64,000 nt of DNA from Williopsis jadinii (Eukaryota). Made by a program: the position numbers and the translations under genes. The stretch spans positions 868,001 to 932,000 of the forward strand of contig AP024665.1 of NCBI GenBank assembly GCA_024346625.1, written 5' to 3'. The notes beneath the pieces were generated by a model. That model saw nothing but the letters and a program-made list of their open reading frames with translations, was not told the DNA's origin and searched no databases. Positions 21,637 to 31,659 of the stretch are shown in pieces (the stretch's first letter is position 1; the number at the start of each line of letters is the position of its first letter).

Positions 21637-22803
21637 ATGTCTCACAGAAAGTACGAAGCACCACGTCACGGTCACTTGGGTTTCCTCCCAAGAAAGAGAG
21701 CTGCCTCCATCAGAGGTAGAGTGAAAGCCTTCCCAAAGGACGATACGTCCAAGCCAGTCCACTTGACTGCTTTCTTGGGTTACAAGGCTGGTATGACCAC
21801 CATTGTCCGTGACTTGGACCGTCCAGGTTCTAAGATGCACAAGCGTGAGATCGTTGAGGCTGTTTCCGTTGTCGACACTCCACCAGTTGTTGTTGTCGGT
21901 GTCGTCGGTTACGTCGAGACCCCAAGAGGTTTGAGATCTTTGACCACTGTCTGGGCTGAGCACTTGTCTGACGAGGTCAAGAGAAGATTCTACAAGAACT
22001 GGTACAAGTCCAAGAAGAAAGCTTTCACCAAGTACTCTGCTAAGTACGCCAGCCAAAACGCTGAACAAGTTGAGCGTGAGTTGGCCAGAATTACCAAGTA
22101 CGCTTCTGTTGTCAGAGTTTTGGTTCACACTCAAATCAAGAAGACCCCATTGGCTCAAAAGAAGGCTCACTTGGCTGAGATCCAAATCAACGGTGGTTCC
22201 ATCGCTGACAAGGTTAACTGGGCTAAGGAGAACTTTGAGAAGACCGTTGCTGTTGACTCCGTGATTGAGCAAAACGAGAACATTGACGTTATTGCTGTCA
22301 CCAAGGGTCACGGTTTCGAGGGTGTTACCCACAGATGGGGTACCAAGAAGTTGCCACGTAAGACTCACAGAGGTTTGCGTAAGGTTGCTTGTATCGGTGC
22401 TTGGCATCCGGCCCACGTCAACTGGACTGTTGCTCGTGCTGGTCAAAACGGTTACCACTCCAGAACCTCTATCAACCACAAGGTTTACAGAGTTGGTAAG
22501 GGTGATGATGAGGCCAACGGTGCCACTGAGTTCGACCGTACCAAGAAGACCATCACTCCATTGGGTGGTTTCGTCAGATACGGTGAGATCAAGAACGACT
22601 TTGTCATCCTTAAGGGTTCTATTCCAGGTCCAAGAAAGAGAATTGTCACCTTGAGAAAGTCCTTGTACACTCAAACCTCCAGAAGAGCTTTGGAGGAGGT
22701 CACCTTGAAGTGGATCGACACCGCCTCTAAGTTCGGTAAGGGTAGATTCCAAACCAAGGCCGAGAAGGCTGCCTTCTTGGGTACTTTGAAGAAGGACATC
22801 TAA
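21637..22803 (+). CDS. RPL3: 60S ribosomal protein L3 (uL3)
   Basis: [22 protein letters not shown] start, unmistakable sequence, extreme codon bias. Confidence 0.99.
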   Translation: MSHRKYEAPRHGHLGFLPRKRAASIRGRVKAFPKDDTSKPVHLTAFLGYKAGMTTIVRDLDRPGSKMHKREIVEAVSVVDTPPVVVVGVVGYVETPRGLRSLTTVWAEHLSDEVKRRFYKNWYKSKKKAFTKYSAKYASQNAEQVERELARITKYASVVRVLVHTQIKKTPLAQKKAHLAEIQINGGSIADKVNWAKENFEKTVAVDSVIEQNENIDVIAVTKGHGFEGVTHRWGTKKLPRKTHRGLRKVACIGAWHPAHVNWTVARAGQNGYHSRTSINHKVYRVGKGDDEANGATEFDRTKKTITPLGGFVRYGEIKNDFVILKGSIPGPRKRIVTLRKSLYTQTSRRALEEVTLKWIDTASKFGKGRFQTKAEKAAFLGTLKKDI

Positions 22804-23088
22804 ATGGGTTTGCTTTGATCTCATAGCCAGACTCAGGAAAGGTTGGAAATGAAAATTGTTGAAACGTCTGTTAGCATTATGGATATCTTTAGGTGTCTTT
22901 GAATGGAAGATTCATTTTTCAACTATATCATTTGTAGACCATACGATAAGCATTTACTTAATAACCTATATGAGAAGCCTCCCCTGCCCAAGACATGGGA
23001 CCAACCAGCAACCATTTAGTACATTATTTGCAACCATGAGGATCGTAACAAAATTGCAAAACACTAAGCCTTTTAAACACTTGCAATG

Positions 23089-24470
23089 CTAGACAGTACT
23101 CCGACGAATCATTTGAATCAGTGCACTTCTCGCATCCGACATCAAAACATCCTGTTGCTTGAATTCATCGTCCTCAGCTTTTTGGTATGAATCTTCGTCA
23201 TGGCTATAAACAGGAGTCTGGTGTGCAATTGGAGTGTTCACTTCAAATCCCAAATGTGAATCGGTTTCGTTAAACATATCTGTAACCTTTGATGGTTCAA
23301 CAAACATGGAAAATTCGTTATTCAGCTTTGCATTGGGGATGAAGTCCGCCGAATGACTCTTTGAAAGCTTTGGAGATACCGGTAAATCTTTATGAGTGTT
23401 AGTTGAAGGTTTTCCAGTGAAAACCTTTGTCACTTTTGCCTGACCATTTTCATCAACACTCATGCTGATTCTGTATTGACTCAAATCCTGTGTGTTGGCT
23501 GTCGTAATCTTTGGTAATGGATCACTTGGTTTCAATATTGGGGAGTTTGAAGGGTTTAGAGGCAGTTCCTGTATCTTTTGAACTTCAGTTTCATCTACTG
23601 GTTTGACGTCAGGAAGTTCCATCGGTCTGACTTGTAGCTTAACCGGACTCGAGCAGAGCACAGAGGTACTTGGACTGGAATTCTGATTCACATAGTAGCC
23701 ATGGTATAGAGGCGAAGATTGCATAATTGAGGAGAAACAGGATGAAGACTGAGGAGTCATTGGAGATGACGAAGTCAATGACTTTTGAGGTCTCTTCCAT
23801 TTGTATTTCAAATCTGTGAGAGCCGAATCCTGTGGCATTCTGTTCTTGTTTATCTCTTTGATCTTATTCGTGGTGATTGGTGAAGACAACAGCAGTGATG
23901 GGTTTACCGATACTGTCCTGCTGAGGTCATTGCCATCACTCGTTAATGACTGGATGTTTTGCTGTGCTTGTGTAGAAACCATTAGAAGTTTCGGCTGGTC
24001 TTTGGTATGATTCTTCCAGATCTTGCTATTCTTGCGAGGCTTTGTCGGCGTCGAATCGAGCATTAGCAGCGTACCGCCCTTTGGCGAAGGGTTCACCTTC
24101 CTTCTCTGCACTGGGGAGCCTTCAGACTTCACCGGTGAGATCCTCATCAGTGGAGCGCTTGCCTTTGGTGTTCCTTGTTTCATAACCGCTGCTGAGAGGG
24201 TAGCCGCTGGACTGTTTTTATCGGACGACTGAGGACATTTTGGAGGCCTTCCACGGCGGCGCTTAGGCGAAGGGGTCATAACAAGCATCGGGCTGGATTG
24301 AATGGTGTTGATAGTGAGTGCACCGTTTTCAAACATTGAAGATGTCGTGCTATATTTGGGGTTAGTACACAGCGGCTCAACAAAAAAGCATAGGCACGGG
24401 GGTCCTATGGACACGAAAATACTCACGTGTCAACCTGATTGATATCGGATTCGGTGTATAACATTGGCAT
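23089..24470 (-). CDS. MSA1: G1 transcription co-activator Msa1/Msa2-like, 434 aa, spliced
   Basis: AT-hook KRRRGRPPK, S/P-rich body, C-terminal DARSALIQM, located near RPL3 and AIM29 as MSA1/MSA2 are. Exon 1 24470-24427 (MPMLYTESDINQVD), intron 24426-24350 (GTGAGT...TACTAAC...TAG), exon 2 24349-23089 in frame. Confidence 0.75.
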
Positions 24471-25129
24471 AGTGGTTCAAAGTCGCTGCGATCAGCTGGA
24501 GAGAAAGAGGGAGAGAGAGAGTCGAACAAGAGACACACACAAATCGATACCACACAGCGTTTCTGAATTCAGCGGCACACAAGTCTCAATTGAGTAACCT
24601 CCTTGACCGTCACTGAAGCACGAGTATGAGAGTACACCTCAGTTCCAATAACTATGGGAGAAAAATCCGCGCACACCTTTGGCAAGACTGCAATATCAAA
24701 AGGTGAAATTAGGGAGGTCCTTATAGGGCTTCACTCAAACAACTGAAAAGGGAAAAACACACGTACAACGAACAAAATGCTTTCTGTTTTGGGTATGTCC
24801 TCTGTGAAAAAGCTCAATCCGCAGCCTATGAAGCGATCAAATAGAAAGGGTCGGAGGCTCAGGGGGGACAAGCAACAATGCTGTAGAAGCTCTCTGTTGG
24901 TGAAATACTCCGGGAAAAGGAAATCAACGATAGCAAAGGGGAAATGTATGCAAATGATTGCTCTAATGCCTTGTTCAGATCTGGACAGTTGTATTCGTCT
25001 TTTGCAAAGATTTTCGCAAACCCAGGAAAAAGTAAAGGACGGTTAGCCAAAAAAAAAAAACCTTCCCATATGAAAAGAGTTTCAGGATTATGCATCCGAA
25101 GATTGATCTTGGTTCGGGGACAACAGTTC

Positions 25130-25160
25130 TTTCCCGATTTGGCAAACTGATTACACGCGT
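25130..25160. promoter_or_regulatory. ECB/Mcm1-like site plus MCB upstream of MSA1
   Basis: TTTCCCGATTTGGCAAA at 25130-25146 and ACGCGT at 25155-25160. S. cerevisiae MSA1 is ECB-regulated. Confidence 0.5.
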
Positions 25161-26015
25161 CGCGATCGGTGTGCCGGGTGTGCTGCGCGTACCATCTGTG
25201 GACCGGTGCACGCTACACAGTTCACACAGACAAAGACCACGTCAACTTCTGTGCCAGCCACCTTGGGAAGAGAGATAACATCTGGGCAAGAAGAGAGCGT
25301 GTGGTATAATCTGTGAGCATGTGGTGTGGACATGCACTGGAGGCATTGGTACTTGGTTCTTGTAGTGGACACGTTGACCAAAGCACACGATGTAGGCGCT
25401 TGCGGTAGGTCTTTGGTGAGGGTGTTTGATACACGCCGAGGGGACGGGGAGCGTAGGTGCCTCACAAGCCAACATGGGGACGCGCTGTGAACTCAACGGC
25501 GGTACTATAGTGGAAAACCCGCTCTTCCGATGTTATTCTATGACGATACAAGTGTAGCGGTGAGACTGTACTGTGATTATCTGTTGGTTTCTCCAAATGA
25601 GACTAGTTTTAATTGTATTAGTTACATCGGGCAGTCCGTGAAGCTACCACCCCCGTCATTCTGGACCCCGAGAACTAGGCATTCAAATCAGTAATTGTAC
25701 ATTGAATAACTTGTTGTTTCAGATTACATACGGCCAAGAAAGCCTTATATCACACTATATGAGTACCAACGGTACGAATCAGGATGAAGCAACGCGTACA
25801 TGAGTTTGTAGTGTACTTCAACACCAAAAGTCACCCGTTTACCCACTTCCAAGACACCCCCACTATCTGATAAAGATGACGAGGCCATCAAATGAGTGGT
25901 CCGCCATCCAATCTAAACCAACCTTCATTTATATGGCAGTACAAATGAAACACAGCAACAAAACCGCAAGGGCCCGTAGCGGTGATGGTGGCCCAAAGAC
26001 AAGCAGCGAGCAGGG

Positions 26016-26321
26016 CTAGAGAGTGGTAGCAATGGCGAACCCTCCATCTGAGTTTGATTTCACCAAAATGACATCAGAATCAACTAGTCCAATAGAAGTA
26101 GGAGTGTCTGTCTCACGTAGTACACGTCCATCCAACGTGAAAATCAAAGTGCGATAGTCGAGATCCACGCTCTTTGCAAACAGCTGAAACACCTTTTTGA
26201 TCTTGGTACCTTTACGGATACCAAAATACAACCGTTGCTCAAACCCATTCACAGCAATCTTGATCTTCTCCTGATCAGGTGGGATCTCTGTAGCGTCTAA
26301 AGTCGAGTCTGCTTCGCTCAT
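26016..26321 (-). CDS. Divergent SUMO-like (Smt3-paralogous) ubiquitin-like protein, 101 aa, GG plus 7-aa tail
   Basis: ATG at 26321 in AAAAATG context. Gapless by-eye alignment to the SUMO fold (I.I.V...YF.I.K.T....FAK....L.F..DG......TP...GL.D.D.I....GG) followed by FAIATTL. Confidence 0.85.
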   Translation of the reverse strand: MSEADSTLDATEIPPDQEKIKIAVNGFEQRLYFGIRKGTKIKKVFQLFAKSVDLDYRTLIFTLDGRVLRETDTPTSIGLVDSDVILVKSNSDGGFAIATTL

Positions 26322-26484
26322 TTTTGAAGAGAGGTTATATAGCCAAAGCGATGAATAGTTGCTATGGTTGAAAACAAAACAAACAAGGAGCAGTTCCAAC
26401 GAAAAGCTGTTATCTTAGCAACTGAATTATAAGCAAGAAGAGAGAAAGCTGTTGTCCTTGATCAGTTGTCAAGTGGATCCTTCT

Positions 26485-26613
26485 CCGCGTCTTCTGTTAA
26501 ATCACCGCGTTGCTGGTGTTTCCTTGTTGTTGTTTACAAAGTCTGGAAGACATTCCCAAAAGTTTACGCGTTCAGAGGGTAACACCCGGACACGCAGCCA
26601 AAACCTGACGCGG
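26485..26613. promoter_or_regulatory. MCB-like cluster and forkhead site upstream of the SUMO-like gene
   Basis: CCGCGT at 26485 and 26505, TGTTTAC at 26531, ACGCGT at 26566, ACGCGG at 26608. Confidence 0.5.
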
Positions 26614-26701
26614 TGATATTCGGGCAGCCACCAGCAGGCTAATGGATTCTACAATCAGATTGCATTATACTGATGAACGAACACACAATTAAGCCTTAAC
26701 C

Positions 26702-28099
26702 CTAAGCTTTCGAAGGCTGGTTTTTCGTCTTCTTCTTGGCCATAAAGATATCCTCCATGATATCTGGCTGTAGTCCAATATCCCGTGGAGTTTGTGATGC
26801 CCTAAATTGCATAAGGCATCCATCCTGTTGAAGGAAGAAGTTATAGTCCTTTAGAACATCCTCAGACTTCTCACCGAGGTGTTTCAAAAATGCTCTTTTC
26901 ATCGGAACCATGGACTTAATCGTGTACACAGCTCTCTGCGACAATAGACCTTTTTGTAAATCAGCTTCAGCCTTGTCAAAGAGGTCATCTCCTTCGTAGA
27001 TACCGATACGAATCGTCATTTTATCCTCCGTACGTACAGCATATATTCGAGGTTTCCCATTAAGCCAACTCAACGACCCAAGCATAGCAGCGGTACTGTT
27101 ATCGCTTATTGGAAGACGCGAGTTATGAGTGTCCAAATAGCTGAATATGAATCTTGAGGAATCGTCATTCGACTTAGACAATCTTGCAAGGTGAGTAGTG
27201 AGTTCTTTCGTAAATCTTGCTGCAACCTCAGAAAACTTTTCTGAGGATGACATATCATAGGACTTTTGGAATTCATACTCCTCACAAACTATAACCATTG
27301 AGAATATAAATGCATCGATTCTTTCCTTCTTAACAAGGGTTTCTGGAGACTGGATGGCTGCCAAAGATGGTAGCTCAAACACTTCGTCATCACTATCAAT
27401 AACATTCTTTCTATTCACTGGGATGGTGGTGGCATTCACAGTGGAAGGTATCGAGGTGATTGTATTCTTCTCAATATCGGATTGTGCCTCTTGATCTCTC
27501 TCATCGTCACTTCTGACAAACAATGGCTCAGTTGCTTGCGTTGGATTCTTCTCCAATCTATTGCCCAATAGCGTTGCATCAAAAGTTGTTTCAGTGCTTT
27601 TATTATCTCCTTCATTCGGATTGTTGATAACCTTCAATAACCTGTTGATTTCCATACCATCTTCTGGTGTCATTCTTACAAGTTTCATAGTCCTGTCCTT
27701 ATTTTTGGACTCCTTGAAGGCTATACTCATATTGTTCATCAGAGCCAGGTCTTGAAAGTGTATTGGAGGCGTATTAGCTTTAAATGACACCGTGACGTTC
27801 TGTAGCTCAATGCCATAATCCACAACGATAATGTCCAACGTTAAAATATCCGGAAGATGTTGATGGCTATCATTATACAAGTCCGCAATGATCGGCACCA
27901 CCAAGCTTGAACCATACCCTTCCTCAAACGAGGCCCACTGGTCGGTATCAAGGTTTATAACGTGGAAAAGCTCAATGACGTAGTTACTGGGAGTGAGCTT
28001 ACGCCTGGTGTCGAATATCATGTTTCTGAGTAATTCTCTACCACCATGAACAACATCGCTAGGTCCACTCTGTGTGCGATTTGACAAAGAAGCGTTCAT
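26702..28099 (-). CDS. 465-aa protein with a SIM-like acidic motif and two C-terminal SUMO-like domains (Esc2/Rad60-like architecture)
   Basis: Long ORF. NVIDSDDEVFEL motif. C-terminal YTIKSMVPMKRAF...YNFFLQQDG...ASQTPRDIGL resembles the SUMO core, and a preceding YDMSSSEKFSEVAARF...FIFSY...DNSTAAMLG unit looks like a second Ubl domain. Basic C-terminus, no GG. Confidence 0.65.
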   Translation of the reverse strand: MNASLSNRTQSGPSDVVHGGRELLRNMIFDTRRKLTPSNYVIELFHVINLDTDQWASFEEGYGSSLVVPIIADLYNDSHQHLPDILTLDIIVVDYGIELQNVTVSFKANTPPIHFQDLALMNNMSIAFKESKNKDRTMKLVRMTPEDGMEINRLLKVINNPNEGDNKSTETTFDATLLGNRLEKNPTQATEPLFVRSDDERDQEAQSDIEKNTITSIPSTVNATTIPVNRKNVIDSDDEVFELPSLAAIQSPETLVKKERIDAFIFSMVIVCEEYEFQKSYDMSSSEKFSEVAARFTKELTTHLARLSKSNDDSSRFIFSYLDTHNSRLPISDNSTAAMLGSLSWLNGKPRIYAVRTEDKMTIRIGIYEGDDLFDKAEADLQKGLLSQRAVYTIKSMVPMKRAFLKHLGEKSEDVLKDYNFFLQQDGCLMQFRASQTPRDIGLQPDIMEDIFMAKKKTKNQPSKA

Positions 28100-28418
28100 T
28101 GTGACCTGTGCAGACCTTTCGTATGCTTTACACGATGAGTATATATTGGCTTTGTTGTTTTACCCGCTATGGTTTGTTTTGATTTTGATTTTGATTTTAG
28201 TCCCCATTGTGCGTGGGAAAAAAGTTATAGCGTCTTCCTCATCTCCCGGCCAAAACAACAGCATATCAGATGTTCACCCGCGGGACCATCGAATATACAA
28301 ACCCTACGCTGGTGGATGTAAATGACACCTTCTGCGATGTTCGTCATGCTGTTGGTCAAAATACCCTTATCAATTAACACTATACACATGTTTAACGAGA
28401 ATCGCTGCTCAAGGCACG

Positions 28419-28892
28419 CTACCACTTCTCTACTGGATTCTTCTTGTACTCTTCGTAAGCCTCCTTGTTAAATATCGAGATCTCAGTCTCGTTATCTACA
28501 TTTTAGGTGTTAGTAGCGTGAACTAGAGAACGTGCCAGAAAATACTCACCAACACCAAGCTCATGGAGATGGCTCGTGGAGCTCAGATCTAGTGTCCAGT
28601 CGTCATCGTGTTCAAAGTTTATCACCAGATTCATGGTTTTCGAGCCATGTGCATGTGTGTAGATCTTCAAGGTGTCATACTCGACGTTTCTGTAAGGTCT
28701 CAGTCCGCCCACGGTCTTGATCTCCTTCATGATGTCCTCGAATAAGTCCTTCGGAGTCTTATGTGCAATATCGTAGTCCTTCAAGATGATGTTCTTAACA
28801 TTGCGGTACGGAAAGGACTTGATGATTCGGATAGTGAGCACTGACTGTGTGAGTGGCTTCACAGTGGAGGTCAAAGGTTCGAAGTCTGACAT
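28419..28892 (-). CDS. AIM29: Aim29 / UPF0538 (C2orf76-like) protein, 139 aa, spliced
   Basis: TIRIIKSFPYRNVKN and LKIYTHAHGSKTMNLVIN motifs. Exon 1 28892-28550, intron 28549-28496 (GTGAGT...TACTAAC...TAG), exon 2 28495-28419 giving the conserved DNETEISIFNKEAYEEYKKNPVEKW. Confidence 0.93.
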
Positions 28893-29045
28893 AGCTGGCG
28901 TAGTTAAGTGGCCTTCAGAATAGTTGTGACTGCTTGTTAAGAGGGAAGAAAGGAACAGAAAGCGGGAAAAATGCTGGTTCACACCATACAAAAAAAACCT
29001 TCCAGAGAACCTCAGAAAAACAGACAAACATACAGGCAATAGGCG

Positions 29046-29080
29046 TTAACTACGTCAACATTAACTACGTCAACTACGCG
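29046..29080. repeat. Short tandem duplication TTAACTACGTCAAC x2 plus partial
   Basis: Directly visible in the AIM29 upstream region. Confidence 0.7.
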
Positions 29081-29190
29081 GTAGAGCCAATTAAATAACA
29101 ATGGAATCTAGTTTTATTGTGTCGTTAAGCTATAGAATGGTGTAGCATTAACGTGGTATCGAATGAGAATTAGAATAAAAGACAGGGAGG

Positions 29191-30318
29191 TTACAGGATC
29201 AACTCAACTGGACCACCAACTTCACAGTACTGAGTCCAGTTCTGGTAATAAGTGTCAAGGAGTTTGCCAAAGAAGAAGTCATTGTCAACTTTATCGATGG
29301 TTTTAGCAGCTCCAACCTTGATACCAGACGGTGGTGCCCAGGAGGAGTTCCAAACTCTCAGGTTACCGTAGAATGGTGAGTAGAAAGCAGTGTCAACGGC
29401 GACTGAAACTTCGCTGCTTTCAAGAATCATTTCTGGCCATGACATGTACGCAGAAACAACGTCATCCCAGAAGGGCAAGGTTTGTTGGTCGTTGTTTTCA
29501 GAGTAGTTACCAGTGCCCAGTAAGCTGAGGACCCAGCTCAAGTAAGGGGTGTCTTCAATGACGTCAAATCCACCGGCCCTTTCGATGAACTCGTTGTACA
29601 AGGCCTGAGATGGAACCAAGTAGTTAGTGACGTTACCACCAATGTACAACTCTTTCCAGCCCGCGGTCAGAACCATCTGGGCCGCTTCTGGGTCCTGGAT
29701 CAAGTTGATGTCGGTGTTGATATCAATGACGATAGAGTCCTTTGCTGTGGCTGCTGCCATTTGTGTATCGATATACCCACCCATGATGTACAACCCGGCG
29801 GTTTCATTGACCAATTGTGGATAGATTGACAGCGCCTGTGCCACCGTGGTACCCAAGCCAGCCATGTAAATGGTGATGGGATCTGTGTCTTTGTACTCCT
29901 TGACTGCGTTAATCAAAGCAATGGCACCCGGAATGTCATCCACGTTTGTGATGTTGTCCCAAGTGTATGTATCTTCATAACCGGGAGTCCAACCACCTTG
30001 CCAGACGAGTTCTCCAAAGAGGTCTTCCCACAGCTGGAAAGTGTCGTAAGTTCTCAACAAGGGTTGTTGAGCACCAATATGGAATGGGATACAGCTGGAC
30101 AGATTGTAGTCCTCAACAATTGCAGATGCAACACCAACACAGTCCACCAATGAACATGAGCCAAAAGAGGCGGAGAGTCCAACAACCTCATGACCGGCCG
30201 CCAATGGGAAGAGCAATTGCGTTGGTGATAGCCCATCGTTGTCGATGAAGATCTTTTTAGCCTCGACAAGGCTCAATAAAAGAGTGGACGAGAGTGTACC
30301 GTATGCAAAGGCCTTCAT
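29191..30318 (-). CDS. Secreted inosine/uridine-preferring nucleoside hydrolase-like protein
   Basis: Signal peptide (MKAFAYGTLSSTLLLSLVEA), KIFIDND, GAQQPLLR, LYIMGG, N..QDPEAAQMV and PFWD motifs; several N-glycosylation sequons. Confidence 0.8.
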   Translation of the reverse strand: MKAFAYGTLSSTLLLSLVEAKKIFIDNDGLSPTQLLFPLAAGHEVVGLSASFGSCSLVDCVGVASAIVEDYNLSSCIPFHIGAQQPLLRTYDTFQLWEDLFGELVWQGGWTPGYEDTYTWDNITNVDDIPGAIALINAVKEYKDTDPITIYMAGLGTTVAQALSIYPQLVNETAGLYIMGGYIDTQMAAATAKDSIVIDINTDINLIQDPEAAQMVLTAGWKELYIGGNVTNYLVPSQALYNEFIERAGGFDVIEDTPYLSWVLSLLGTGNYSENNDQQTLPFWDDVVSAYMSWPEMILESSEVSVAVDTAFYSPFYGNLRVWNSSWAPPSGIKVGAAKTIDKVDNDFFFGKLLDTYYQNWTQYCEVGGPVELIL

Positions 30319-31659
30319 TCTTCTCGTGATAATTGATATCCAATGAGCATCTCTCGAAACGTTGAAATTGAGGGGGATATCGTGTGCAATTTATACACAT
30401 CAAGAAGCATAGTCAACTGATAGATGTGAATGAATGCTCGGTGGATGTAGGACTTCATCCAGGTACGTAGATCCTTCAGTAGCAGTTTTCAATTGACCTC
30501 TTAAATTGGAGAGAGTATCGGGCCTGCAAGTGTGAGACTCGGGAGTATACGGCGTTGATGCATGTAATGCAAAATAAGCGTAAGAGATAAGGAGATTAAC
30601 GGTGTTCGCAATCAAAAGGTAATAACAATCATCTTTTTTCATCCAACTTTGCCATTTACATCGAGTCAATCAAACCAGAGACATTATCTTCCAAAGTATT
30701 GGAGCTTGAGTTCATTATTCATCGCTCTAGGGAAGGCCTAAGCCATGGTGAAGAGCCTATAGCAAAATTTGTTGGAAACGATGTGCATGAAACCGTTATG
30801 GAATAGCCGTGTCGATCAAAGCTGTGCCCATTGCAGAACTTACGCAATAGGCATCGATACAACCAACTTGATTAGCCTTGGTCGATTACAGTAGCAGCAG
30901 GCGGTTTGTATATGGAACATCCTTTAAACGGAGTGGGGATTCCTGAGAGCTCGTAGATATCCGAAATGGTAATCTTTCCCAATGCATGCACGTCTTATTT
31001 CAAAAGATAGAAGGCCAAATTAGGCAGTGGTTGATACTATGAACCACACGAACGGTGAGCTTCAATGGCCTTATGCATCCCATCAGATCCCTGTAAAGTG
31101 TTGCTGTGTACCAATTGGGTCGGCATTTTCTCGCCATATGGTCTATAGTGTATTGAGTCATACATCCAGTTTGGGCTTGTTGCAGATGTGTACCAAGAAA
31201 CCTGTCACATATGGCCTCGGTACAAAACGTCGATCGGACTGTGAGGGCAAACCCTTAGAGCTGGGGTAGGAAGAGGTGTAAGAAGGTCCAATTAATCATT
31301 GGCAGTAACCACAACCGGAGATTGATTATACAACCATGAGTCAAGTGCTTTCAGGTTACTTACTGTCAGTGACTGTTGCATGTATGCATTGTAATTTTCA
31401 AGCTTATCAGTCTAACATGCGACCCACTGTGGAAGGTATATTACGCTGTGTAGATCATCAGACGAACAAATTTTTTTGCCCGACGGTAAGCCAAAGGAAG
31501 CAGTGAGTGATTTAGGAAGTTATTAGAGATTAGAAGTAGAACGATGTTCGTGTTATTACTTACATGCATCTATTTCCTCTTTTGGGATGTTGACGAACAT
31601 CGATGCTGACTAGTTCACCTTTCAGCTGCTCGGCGTTGGTATCCCGTAGTGACCATGGC

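Noticed and set aside
21613..22824. 403-aa antisense ORF spanning RPL3
   Set aside because: It is a shadow of extreme codon bias: the sense strand avoids TTA, CTA and TCA codons, which removes antisense stops. No independent protein features.
24350..24426. GTG-initiated N-terminus of the 445-aa ORF
   Set aside because: The GTG is the GTGAGT donor of an intron that has TACTAAC and TAG signals.
26016..26321. Calling the SUMO-like ORF SMT3
   Set aside because: It is far too divergent for an orthologue of this highly conserved gene, so no symbol is assigned.
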